Source: Kiritimatiellia bacterium (lineage in GTDB: Bacteria > Verrucomicrobiota > Kiritimatiellia > RFP12 > UBA1067). Taken from it: a stretch of 55,910 nucleotides of DNA. Position numbers and translations under genes: made by a program. Positions 25,997-34,628 of this stretch are shown in pieces. The notes under the pieces were generated by a model. It worked only from the letters and a program-made list of their open reading frames with translations. It was not told the origin of the DNA and did no database searches. The DNA lies in contig JAHBAE010000051.1 of NCBI GenBank assembly GCA_018384485.1, forward strand, positions 1 to 55,910, in the 5' to 3' direction. Numbering within the stretch: position 1 is the first letter of the stretch; each line of letters starts with the position of its first letter.

Positions 25997-26908
25997 TCAC
26001 CCTCGCGGATGAAAACGCTTGTGGATATCTTTGAAGAGCGCGACATCGACATGAGTATATATTTGCGTAGTCGATATATCGGCGTGCCCGAGAAGTTCTT
26101 GAATAGCGCGGATGTCGGCGCCGCGCTGAAGAAGATGTGATGCGTAGGAATGGCGCAGGACATGCGGCGAGATGCGATCAGGCGCGATACCCACCTCTAC
26201 CGCGCGTTCACGCACGATTTTAAAAACTCCCTGCCTCGTGAACGCCTTGCCGAGCCGCGTAAGAAAAACATGACTCTCCGAACGGGAGCCTTTGAGAAAC
26301 GTCGGGCGAAAAAGCGTCAAATATTTTTCAAGCTCCCTTCCTGCGACGGAACATATCGGAACGAGCCGTTCTTTCGACCCTTTGCCTTTTACCCTCAAAA
26401 GCTCTCCTTCCGATACGATATCCTCAATGCATAACGCACAAACCTCGCTGACGCGCAGCCCGCATCCATAAAGAACTTCTAAAAGAGCTCTGTCGCGCAC
26501 ATCGTGAGGCTGCTCACCGGAGACATTTTCCAAGAGGCTCTGGACTTCTTCTTCAGAAAGAACTTTCGGCAATACGAAATCTTTCTTCGGGGCATCAAGG
26601 CGCTCCGCAGGATTATCCTTCACGAAATTGCGTGAAACGAGAAAATTAAAAAATGACCTAATTGCAGATGATCGCCGCGAACGCGTACGGGAAGCAAGCC
26701 CCTGAGACCTTGAAGCCGAAAGAAAAGCGACTACATCTTCATACTTAACATCGCGCGATGAAACTATCCTCCGCGAGGAGAGAAAATGCATAAACTCGCG
26801 CAAATCTGAAGCGTACGACTTTGCCGTATTTTCTGAAAGCGCCCGCTCAAGAATCAACGAAGACTCAAAGAGATCGATTTCAGAGCCTAAGGATGAAGTC
26901 ATCAACAA
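25997..26908 (-). CDS. xerD: Tyrosine site-specific recombinase, XerD/XerC type
   Basis: 303 aa. N-terminal SAM-like domain (NTAKSYASDLREF). Catalytic C-terminus HVLRHSYASHLL...LLGHADISTTQIYTHV. Confidence 0.8.
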   Translation of the reverse strand: MLMTSSLGSEIDLFESSLILERALSENTAKSYASDLREFMHFLSSRRIVSSRDVKYEDVVAFLSASRSQGLASRTRSRRSSAIRSFFNFLVSRNFVKDNPAERLDAPKKDFVLPKVLSEEEVQSLLENVSGEQPHDVRDRALLEVLYGCGLRVSEVCALCIEDIVSEGELLRVKGKGSKERLVPICSVAGRELEKYLTLFRPTFLKGSRSESHVFLTRLGKAFTRQGVFKIVRERAVEVGIAPDRISPHVLRHSYASHLLQRGADIRAIQELLGHADISTTQIYTHVDVALFKDIHKRFHPRG

Positions 26909-27698
26909 GTTCCGCCATGCGAGTTTTCGCCTCTTCCGACGCGGCGATTACCTCCGCGTGGCTCAGCGGCGTGCGTGAAATTCCCGCGGCAAGATTAGAG
27001 ACGAGTGAAATACAGGCGATATTCATCTTACACGCCTTAGCAAAAGTAGCTTCGGGAACGGTCGACATCCCTACGATATCGGCGCCCTGCGCTTTATACG
27101 ACTGAATCTCGGCAGGCGTTTCATACGCAGGCCCGCAATTGTAAGCGTAAACGCCGTCCATCATACGAAGAGAAAGCTTGTTAGCACCAGCGTGAAGAAG
27201 CTCGGCGAGATGCTTGGAATATACATTCGTCATATCAGGGAAGCGCTCGCCCCATTCTGGATTATGCTCGCCTATGAGAGGATTAATACCGGCTAAATTT
27301 ATGTGATCGCGCACGGTTACGAAGTCTCCAGGCCTAAGAGCGGGATTTATCCCTCCGGAGGCGTTCGTCAAAAGAAGATTCTCGCACCCCATACGGCGGA
27401 GAATCTCCACCGGCATAATCACACTCTCCCAACCTGCCCCTTCATACCAATGGCGCCTGCCGCACCACGCCGCGATAAGACGGCCTGAGCGGTTGTAAAG
27501 AATAAACTCGCCTGCATGCCCCTTCACCGTCGAGCCGCCGAGCCCTGGGATATCGGCATAAGAAATGCGCACTTTAACTTCATCAATCTTAAGCGAGCGC
27601 CCCCACCCGCTCCCAAGTATAATCCCAAGAGAAGGCGGATTTTTAAAGCATTCGTCAGGGAAGACCGCAGCTGCTTTATCGAAAATTTTCTTATCCAT
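26880..27698 (-). CDS. Purine nucleoside phosphorylase (trimeric PNP/PunA-XapA type)
   Basis: 272 aa. GIILGSGWG, GHAGEF, TNASGG and VGMSTVPE blocks. GGGAGGA Shine-Dalgarno. Confidence 0.88.
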   Translation of the reverse strand: MDKKIFDKAAAVFPDECFKNPPSLGIILGSGWGRSLKIDEVKVRISYADIPGLGGSTVKGHAGEFILYNRSGRLIAAWCGRRHWYEGAGWESVIMPVEILRRMGCENLLLTNASGGINPALRPGDFVTVRDHINLAGINPLIGEHNPEWGERFPDMTNVYSKHLAELLHAGANKLSLRMMDGVYAYNCGPAYETPAEIQSYKAQGADIVGMSTVPEATFAKACKMNIACISLVSNLAAGISRTPLSHAEVIAASEEAKTRMAELVDDFILRL

Positions 27699-27740
27699 CG
27701 ATTCCTCCCTTGGATTGACGAAAGTAAAAATTTTTTACGT

Positions 27741-28754
27741 TCACTTCGCCGAAAACCATTTGTTTCGTGCGGCGAAATCAAGATATTCCTTCCAATCGAC
27801 AGAAGTCAACTCATGCTCACCGGGACGGACATGATAATTGATACATGACCTATCCTTCCAGGCGGGAGCAGAATATTCCCAACACGCCATTTCTCCTGGA
27901 GGGCAAGCCCACCAATCGTCAAGAGCGGAGCCGATAGCCATAAGGCGCGGCGAAACTGCAGCAACAAGCCAATGTTGGTCGAAAGGAAGCGAGTAATCCT
28001 TCCCGCTCCAAAGTTTTCCCGCATTCGGCGCAAACCAATGAGGGAAGAAATTCGTTATTCTCTCAATTGATTCACCGTAAAGATTGCGCGAATGAAGGCG
28101 CGCGCCGAAACAACCTGAATTATTGGCGACAGTCATCGCGAAACGTTTGTCGTTGGCGCCTGCCCAAAGCGCAGTTTTGCCGAGCCTCGAATGGCCTACG
28201 ATTGCAATCTTCGATGCATCCGCGAGACTTTCCGTTTCAAGATAATCGACTACGCGGCTTGCCGCAAACGCCCAAGCGGAAATAGCCCCCCATGAATCAT
28301 CCTTGCGCTCAATGCAAGAAAGAACATCAGCTTTGTCTTTAAGAACATCTTCGTAGCAGAACGATACGGTAGATGCGCCTCGTGCAAGAATTTCGGCTAT
28401 CGGCCAGCGCGAATTTGCAGTCTCGGTAGACGGCCTAAACGAAATATAAATAAACACAGGTGTTTTTTCAAAACCGTCGGGGAAATAACAAACCGCATTG
28501 AACGCTTTCTCGCCAAGAGGAGTGAGCGTGTTGATGCGCACAATTTTTCGCGTTGCAGAAAACTCCGGGACCTTCTCCGTCTTTATGACCTTAGCCTCAC
28601 GCACAAAGGACGCCTCTGGCATTTTGCCGTAAACATTCTTGGCAAAAAACGAAAGAACTTCTGCGCGATTCTTATTGAGTTGCGGCGGAGTTTTGACTTC
28701 AGCGCGGCAAAACGCGCAAGCAAGAATGGCAGCAAGAAAAATTCTCAAATTCAT
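27741..28754 (-). CDS. Secreted alpha/beta-hydrolase, CE15-like (glucuronoyl esterase type), paralog A
   Basis: Start at MNLRIFLAAILACAFCRA with an AGGAGG Shine-Dalgarno. Nucleophile motif GHSRLGK. C-terminal GEHELT (putative catalytic His). The family assignment is from memory of CE15 motifs. Confidence 0.6.
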   Translation of the reverse strand: MNLRIFLAAILACAFCRAEVKTPPQLNKNRAEVLSFFAKNVYGKMPEASFVREAKVIKTEKVPEFSATRKIVRINTLTPLGEKAFNAVCYFPDGFEKTPVFIYISFRPSTETANSRWPIAEILARGASTVSFCYEDVLKDKADVLSCIERKDDSWGAISAWAFAASRVVDYLETESLADASKIAIVGHSRLGKTALWAGANDKRFAMTVANNSGCFGARLHSRNLYGESIERITNFFPHWFAPNAGKLWSGKDYSLPFDQHWLVAAVSPRLMAIGSALDDWWACPPGEMACWEYSAPAWKDRSCINYHVRPGEHELTSVDWKEYLDFAARNKWFSAK

Positions 28755-28780
28755 AAATACCTCCTTTTTTCTTTTACACA

Positions 28781-29824
28781 TCACCAACCGTGCTTCTTGG
28801 CGAACTGAATATACACGCTCCAGTCTTCACGCGTAAGTTCATGCCCCCCTTTGCGTATGTGATAATTGCAGCGGGACTGATCTTTCCATGCGTTGCGGGC
28901 AAGGAAGAAACTTGTAAATTCTCCAGACGGGCACGCCCACCAATCTTCGGTCGCGCTGCCCACCGCGAGAAGCCGCGGCGAGATTGTCGCAAGAAGCCAG
29001 TGTTGATCAAAAGGAAGCGAACGATCTTTCCCGCACCAGCGCTCGCGGCAGACAGGGGCAAACCAATGAGGAAACACTCTTGTGATACGATCTATCGTCT
29101 CGCCGCAGACATTCACCGTAGCGCACCTTGCGCCGAAAAGCCCTGAGCAATTAGGGCAAACGAGCTGGAAGCGCGTATCAAGAGCACCTGCCCAAAGCGC
29201 AGTTTTGCCGAGGCGTGAAAGGCCGACAATAGCGATTTTGGACATATCGGCCTCTTCAGTAGTCTCAAGATAATCGACTATGCGGCTGGCGGCAAGCGCC
29301 CAGGTGGAAATTGCACCCCACGAATCCGGGGCGCGGTTTACGCCTTTAAGGACATCTGCCGTATCGTTCAAGACTTCACGGTTGGTAAACGTAACCGTCG
29401 CATGCGAATTCGAGAGTGTAATGTAATCGACGGGCCACCTTTCGACGGCACCTTTATGCGCTTGAAGAAACTGCCTGATGGGCGTTTGAAAGCCAGGCGT
29501 AACCCAGACGGGTACTTTCCCCGCCTTCTTGGGAAAATACGCAGTGGCGATAAAGTTTGTCTCACCGAGCGGAGTTAAGGTGTTAATCTTAATTCTCCTG
29601 CGAATACAAGTTTTTAAGTCGACATTCTCAACGACTTCATAGGAAGGCTTAAAATCCTTCATATCAGGCCGGACGCCGTAAACATTAGTCGTAAAAAACT
29701 CAAGAACGGCTTTTCTGTCAGTATTAAGCGGCGGGATTCCGTACTTTGAATCGTTCCACTCGCCGAAACATACAGGCGAAAAAAGAGCGAAAGCACATAA
29801 GGTGATGTAAACTTTCTTATTCAT
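28781..29824 (-). CDS. Secreted alpha/beta-hydrolase, CE15-like, paralog B
   Basis: Start at MNKKVYITLCAFALFSPVCFG. Motif GLSRLGK (Leu in place of His before the Ser) and GGHELT. By eye about 60 percent identical to paralog A over the catalytic half. Confidence 0.6.
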   Translation of the reverse strand: MNKKVYITLCAFALFSPVCFGEWNDSKYGIPPLNTDRKAVLEFFTTNVYGVRPDMKDFKPSYEVVENVDLKTCIRRRIKINTLTPLGETNFIATAYFPKKAGKVPVWVTPGFQTPIRQFLQAHKGAVERWPVDYITLSNSHATVTFTNREVLNDTADVLKGVNRAPDSWGAISTWALAASRIVDYLETTEEADMSKIAIVGLSRLGKTALWAGALDTRFQLVCPNCSGLFGARCATVNVCGETIDRITRVFPHWFAPVCRERWCGKDRSLPFDQHWLLATISPRLLAVGSATEDWWACPSGEFTSFFLARNAWKDQSRCNYHIRKGGHELTREDWSVYIQFAKKHGW

Positions 29825-29838
29825 AATACTTATTCCTT

Positions 29839-31224
29839 TCAAACCTTGTAATAACTCTCCCAACCCTTGCGCGGCGGAGGCCCTTCGAGATAAAAATCAA
29901 CTTCTTTATCAGATAGAGCGCGCTTGGCGACAGGATCAAACTTGAAGGAGCGACCGAGACGCTGCGCGACAACAGCAAGGCAGAAGACCTGGGAAAGAGT
30001 TCCCGCTACACGGAACGGGCTTTTCGCCTCCGTCTCTCCGCGAACGGCGCGAAGGAAGTTCTTCCAATGATCTTCATAAGATTTCTCAAACTCAGGGACC
30101 TTTTCATCCTGCGCACCGCAACGGACTAAAGTTGCAGAATGAGAAAGCCCCTGCCATACGGTGCCGTCAGCAAGATAAATCTCTTTGCCAGGCTTAAGCG
30201 GCGGGTCGATAAGCCCGTCGTTTGCGGTTGAGGCAGGGAAAAGCCCCTTGTTGTCGACATAACGAAAACCCTTGGGTAGCTTAGGTTTATTATCAACCCC
30301 TTCGTACCACTCAATCTTCACGCCGCCTTTGAATGTCAGCGTAACGGTATCTTCAATCGGGAAGACGAATTTATTCGCGCCTGACAATGAAGATATCTTA
30401 ACCTCCTTTGGGAGAGCGCCTTTTAATGTGAAGCGATGAACTGAATCAAGGATGTGCGCGCCCCAGTCGCCCATGCAGCCCATGCCATAATCATACCAAC
30501 AGCGCCATTCACCGTAAGCGAGATCTTTTGAGAAATCATTATATGGAGCGGGCCCGATCCACGTATCCCAATCAAGCGTTGCAGGCATCTTTTCCGCCTT
30601 GGGGAAGGAATTGATCTTCCCTCCCCACTTGTGCCAGCGCCGCTCCATATTCATGTGGGAAACAACTTTTACGACATCTTTCAAAATGCCTGAGGCAACG
30701 TAATCGCGATATTGGTAGAAACTATTTCCGCTGTGGCCTTGGTTGCCCATCTGGCAGACGACACCCTCTTCCGCCTCCGCCTTCATGAGAAGCTCGCATT
30801 CGTGGAATGAATGGGCAAGGGGCTTTTCGACATAAACGGCCTTGCCGCGGCGAATAGCTTCAATGCAAGCGCAAAAATGCGCATGATCAGGAATGGCGAC
30901 AAGAACGGCGTCGATCTTATCGTCCATTACATCGAACATTTTCCTGAAATCTGTGAAGCGAGGAAGATTGGGATACTTTCTGAGAGTTTTTAAAGTGTGT
31001 TGCGCGCCGATATCAGTATCAACGAGCGCCACAATCTCGCAAAGATCAGGATATTTTTCGAAAGCGTCAACATCCCACGCTCCTTGACCTCCGCAACCGA
31101 TGACCGCGAGCCGCACTTTGGAATTAGCGACATATTTACCGAGCCCTTTACACCCAAGAAAATGCGACGCGCCTGCGGCAGCAAGCGAGCCTACAAAGAA
31201 TCTCCTACTAAACAAATTGTTCAT
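29839..31224 (-). CDS. Gfo/Idh/MocA-family oxidoreductase with Tat signal
   Basis: Start at MNNLFSRRFFVGSLAAAGA with a GGGAGAG Shine-Dalgarno. The tracked ORF runs on to 31317, into the repeat element. Rossmann RLAVIGCGGQG and EKPLAHS. Confidence 0.8.
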   Translation of the reverse strand: MNNLFSRRFFVGSLAAAGASHFLGCKGLGKYVANSKVRLAVIGCGGQGAWDVDAFEKYPDLCEIVALVDTDIGAQHTLKTLRKYPNLPRFTDFRKMFDVMDDKIDAVLVAIPDHAHFCACIEAIRRGKAVYVEKPLAHSFHECELLMKAEAEEGVVCQMGNQGHSGNSFYQYRDYVASGILKDVVKVVSHMNMERRWHKWGGKINSFPKAEKMPATLDWDTWIGPAPYNDFSKDLAYGEWRCWYDYGMGCMGDWGAHILDSVHRFTLKGALPKEVKISSLSGANKFVFPIEDTVTLTFKGGVKIEWYEGVDNKPKLPKGFRYVDNKGLFPASTANDGLIDPPLKPGKEIYLADGTVWQGLSHSATLVRCGAQDEKVPEFEKSYEDHWKNFLRAVRGETEAKSPFRVAGTLSQVFCLAVVAQRLGRSFKFDPVAKRALSDKEVDFYLEGPPPRKGWESYYKV

Positions 31225-31249
31225 CAATCTCTCCCTTTTATTGTTGTTA

Positions 31250-31258
31250 AGTATACCA
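31250..31258 (-). promoter_or_regulatory. Extended -10 promoter (TGGTATACT) for the Gfo / CE15-like genes
   Basis: Minus strand reads tggtatact, 25 nt upstream of the ATG at 31224. Confidence 0.45.
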
Positions 31259-31289
31259 TAAATAAAAGGGGAGTTGTGAAATATTAAGG

Positions 31290-31562
31290 GGGTGTGATTT
31301 TTCCGTGTAACATCCACTCCCCTTTAAGGATTTCAAAATTCGGAAAAATCACACCCAGGGGTCAGGGGTCAGGCAATGGGCAATAGGGTAGGAATCTTCT
31401 CTTCTATTCTGCCAGCGGTGTCCTACGACACGCGCTCCACATGAAACGAAGCGACATCCTTCACTATTGCCTATTGCCAAACCCCTGACCCCTGGGTGCG
31501 ATTTTCTCGCACTCGGAGGTCAATGATCCGTCAAAGGGATGTCACCTGAGAAAATCGCACCC
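31290..31562. repeat. Composite imperfect palindrome of about 273 bp, containing three nested inverted repeats
   Basis: GGGTGTGATTTTTCCG (31290-31305) pairs with CGGAAAAATCACACCC (31341-31356). The arm aggggtcaggggtcaggcaatgggcaataggg (31357-31388) pairs with cactattgcctattgccaaacccctgacccct (31462-31493). GGGTGCGATTTTCTCG (31494-31509) pairs with GAGAAAATCGCACCC (31548-31562). Confidence 0.8.
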
Positions 31563-31571
31563 ATCGAAAAT

Positions 31572-34500
31572 TTATTTCGATTCTTCCGATAGTTTTTGGA
31601 AATACAACCTAATCAAATTACGGTACTCAAGAGGAATATCTTTTAAATCTTTCTCTCCAAGCCCGTTCTTTGCGGATCCCTTAACCTTAAACCACCCAGC
31701 ATCACGAATTTTCAACTTGAAATTTTCATTCTTTTCAACTGCTTTCAACTCGCGCATCGCATTTTTAAGCTCGCGAGCAACTCCACCTGAAACACTATTC
31801 TTCTCAGAATCATCTGAAGTGCCTGCACCGCCCGAAGATTCTTGCTCATCATCTTCTTTTAACCCCAACTCTTTCGCTTCTTCTTTAAGATGCTCCTTTA
31901 AACTCTCCGCCGCTTCGGCAGCTTTCTTAGCCGAAGATGACATTTTCTCATCATTTTTTTCTGCGGTTGCTTTTTCCTCTGCGGCCTGTTGAGCATTTAA
32001 AAGAGCTTTTTCCAATTCTTTCTGCGCCTCTTGCTGTGCCGCAAGCGCTTCCTTGCGCGCCTGATCCATTTCCTTAAACGCTTCCGCCGCCGCCTTTGCG
32101 CCTTCTCCTCTTTGTTCTGACGCTTTTTTCGCTTCTATCGCCTCATCTATCGCTTCACGCGTTTGCTTTTCGGCTTCATGAAGATCTTCTCTCTCAGAGC
32201 CTTCAACATTCGCATTTTCAAGAACATCCTGCGCCGTGCTTTGCAAATTCATCGCTTGCCGCAAAAGGTGCTGAACTGAGTTGAGATTATTCTCTTTCGC
32301 CGCTCTTTTCAACGCCTCTTCAGCCTCTTTAGAGCGTTGAAGAGCATTTTTATAGGCTTCTTGCTTCATTGCCTCTTCTTGACGGGCAAGTTCTTCCTTA
32401 TGTTTTTTAAGAGCTTCTATGTTGTTCGAGAGCCTTTCAGCCATCTCTGCTTCAGCCTTTTCTTTATTCATCGCATTTCCCGCGTTTTCCATCTCGCGAC
32501 GCGCCTCGTCTACTTCTGCATCATTACTTTCCATAGCCACTTTTTTCGCTTGAGCGGCCGTTTCTTTTTGGAGATGCATCCATGCATCGAGAAGTTTTGG
32601 ATCACTCTTCTTTTCCTCTGCCGCCTTGCTTATTTCCTCAGCCGCCTTTGCAAGTAGTTCCTGGCGCTTAGCGATGTCGCTTATTTTTTCGTAATTGCGA
32701 AGTTTCTCAAATCTTTGCTCCATCGCATTTTTAAGCTCCTCCAGTTTTTCCATTGCCTCTTTCACCTCTTTAGGCATTTCTTCAAGAGCTTTTACACGAT
32801 CCTCACTTGCCGCAAATTGAGCCGTCTCCAGCTTATCCTTGATACTCTCTATCGTCTCATCAATAAGAGAATCAAGTTGTTCTTTCAATGGCTTGAACCG
32901 AGGATCTTCAGCCGCTTTTTCACGCATATCATCAAGGCGCTTTTCAGCTTCATTCATCTCATGCTCCGACAAAGCTATCTGCTTATCGGTTTCTTCGCTC
33001 GCCTTCTTTTCTCTGTTGATGTTGTCCTTCGCTTGGTTTGCCAATCGATCCGCCGCTTCCATTCTCCTGCGAGCTTCGTTAATCAGATTATTCATGTTCG
33101 CTTTTTCATCTACAAGAGACTGCATCTGATAACTTTCAGCCCTGTTTTCAAGATGCACCGTAACTGGAGTCGATGTTACGGAATGAGGCCCGCCCTTTTC
33201 TACCGGATAAGCATCGCGGACACATACGGCAAACTGAAGGAAACTTACATTTTTTAAATCAAGGAGCGAAAGATCCAAATCATCTGCGCCCCTCCAAAGA
33301 GACGCTCCCATTCTTGAAAATTTCGAAAGAGGTCTTAAATTCTGCCAATCGCCATTTCCGATTTTCACAACAATTTCATTTGAAAGATAAAGAGTGTCGT
33401 CGCTTGCAGTAACCTTAATTGGGATTTTTGCATGCGGCGGAACGCGTATTGATTTCTGCGGCTTTTCCAATACAATCGAAGGCGGATTATCAATAACGCT
33501 TTCAAGAACGCCGCCAGCTGGCTGAGCCCTAAACCCTACGGCATTCTCAAGCGTGAGCGACCAAGTGACAACTCTGTTTGAGACCATCGTCCATTCATCT
33601 CGCTGCATACCTGCTATGTTGAGAAACGCTTTATTTGCGCGATGATCAAGCTCTGTTTTAAAATGTACTTTCGAGCCTTCCAAAGCGCGTATGGCGGAAA
33701 TGGCATCGTTCGAAATAACGAGCGTCTTAAGCCCGGAATATTCAGGATATTCAATACACGCCGAAAACGACTTGTAGGACGGCAACTCAAAAACGCGAAC
33801 TGAATAATAGCGCGTCACAGCGGGACCTGCGCTTACGCGATACCTCCAATCATTCTCGGAAAGATTCGCTATCACGCGATAGACGCCGCCGCTCATTGAG
33901 GATGACGTCTCTTCGCTCCATCCGTTCCCGCGGCGGTGGGAAATGCGGATTTCAGGAATATACCTAAAGTCTTCATCTGCCTGCGCGTTTATTTCAATCT
34001 CGTCGCCGAGAAGCGCGTTCACATCACCCGGCTGGACTTTTATCACATCAGAATAAATATTACCGACTTCAACCCACGGAGCGACTATCCTTATGAAAAG
34101 AACGCCTGCAAGGCGAGGCAGTGCGATAAAAGAAACGATTAAAAGCCCTAAGACAATTAAAAGCGCGTAAATGCGGCGAAGAAAAGTGCGGAATGTAAAC
34201 TCTTTTACGATATCAATACTCTCAACAGACAACTCCGCCTTCTTCGCGATTAATCTTATAAACGTCAATGAAGTGGCAATTCTTTTCTTATCTTGAATAA
34301 GCTCAACTAATGTTGTAAGGCATTCTTCGTTGTTTTCATGACGCTCGTCTAAAATCTTTGCGATTTTCAACATATCTATGCGCCTAAGAAGAGGCCGCAG
34401 CACCGTAAGGCACACAGAAAGCAAAGTGAGCAAATAAACGGTTGCGGAAAGCGTCCAGCGCAGAGGATCGTAAAAAATCGTAACGCAGGCGTCTAACACC

Positions 34501-34628
34501 ATAAAAAGAAGCGTGATAAAAAGGAAAACAGCCAAGGACACCGCCGTGCCGCGCAACATATAAATGCGACGCACTCGCTTGGCCGCGCCATTGAGAACAG
34601 CTTCAACCTTCTTAGGAATTTCAATCAT
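31572..34628 (-). CDS. Large membrane protein with a long Glu/Lys/Ala coiled-coil; resembles the DUF4175/TIGR02302-type partners of MoxR-vWA operons
   Basis: 1018 aa. Three N-terminal TM helices, a beta-rich middle region, and about 450 aa of E/K/A-rich heptad-like sequence. C-terminal motif PLEYRNLIRLYFQKL. ATGA overlap with the upstream gene. Confidence 0.6.
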   Translation of the reverse strand: MIEIPKKVEAVLNGAAKRVRRIYMLRGTAVSLAVFLFITLLFMVLDACVTIFYDPLRWTLSATVYLLTLLSVCLTVLRPLLRRIDMLKIAKILDERHENNEECLTTLVELIQDKKRIATSLTFIRLIAKKAELSVESIDIVKEFTFRTFLRRIYALLIVLGLLIVSFIALPRLAGVLFIRIVAPWVEVGNIYSDVIKVQPGDVNALLGDEIEINAQADEDFRYIPEIRISHRRGNGWSEETSSSMSGGVYRVIANLSENDWRYRVSAGPAVTRYYSVRVFELPSYKSFSACIEYPEYSGLKTLVISNDAISAIRALEGSKVHFKTELDHRANKAFLNIAGMQRDEWTMVSNRVVTWSLTLENAVGFRAQPAGGVLESVIDNPPSIVLEKPQKSIRVPPHAKIPIKVTASDDTLYLSNEIVVKIGNGDWQNLRPLSKFSRMGASLWRGADDLDLSLLDLKNVSFLQFAVCVRDAYPVEKGGPHSVTSTPVTVHLENRAESYQMQSLVDEKANMNNLINEARRRMEAADRLANQAKDNINREKKASEETDKQIALSEHEMNEAEKRLDDMREKAAEDPRFKPLKEQLDSLIDETIESIKDKLETAQFAASEDRVKALEEMPKEVKEAMEKLEELKNAMEQRFEKLRNYEKISDIAKRQELLAKAAEEISKAAEEKKSDPKLLDAWMHLQKETAAQAKKVAMESNDAEVDEARREMENAGNAMNKEKAEAEMAERLSNNIEALKKHKEELARQEEAMKQEAYKNALQRSKEAEEALKRAAKENNLNSVQHLLRQAMNLQSTAQDVLENANVEGSEREDLHEAEKQTREAIDEAIEAKKASEQRGEGAKAAAEAFKEMDQARKEALAAQQEAQKELEKALLNAQQAAEEKATAEKNDEKMSSSAKKAAEAAESLKEHLKEEAKELGLKEDDEQESSGGAGTSDDSEKNSVSGGVARELKNAMRELKAVEKNENFKLKIRDAGWFKVKGSAKNGLGEKDLKDIPLEYRNLIRLYFQKLSEESK

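Noticed and set aside
25997-26908. Tyrosine recombinase as the integrase of an integrated mobile element or genomic island
   Set aside because: The protein has the XerC/XerD-type N- and C-terminal signatures and overlaps a housekeeping PNP gene. There are no flanking direct repeats, phage, transposase or conjugation genes, and no adjacent tRNA. It was called as chromosomal Xer recombinase.
31225-31317. N-terminal 31-codon extension of the Gfo/Idh/MocA ORF (MDVTRKNHTPLIF...)
   Set aside because: The extension runs through the predicted TGGTATACT promoter and into the palindromic element. The internal ATG at 31224 has a GGGAGAG Shine-Dalgarno and begins directly with a twin-arginine signal peptide.
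31290-31562. MITE or IS-derived mobile element
   Set aside because: Long terminal inverted symmetry is present. However, I found no target-site duplication at the borders, no transposase and no second copy within the window. It is reported as a repeat/palindrome, and mobility is left as an open hypothesis.
32337-33257. Several plus-strand ORFs of 96-180 aa rich in Phe, Leu and Ser
   Set aside because: They are antisense to the E/K/A coiled-coil region of the 1018-aa gene. GAA/AAG-rich codons read as TTC/CTT on the other strand and avoid stop codons. They are an artefact of low complexity.
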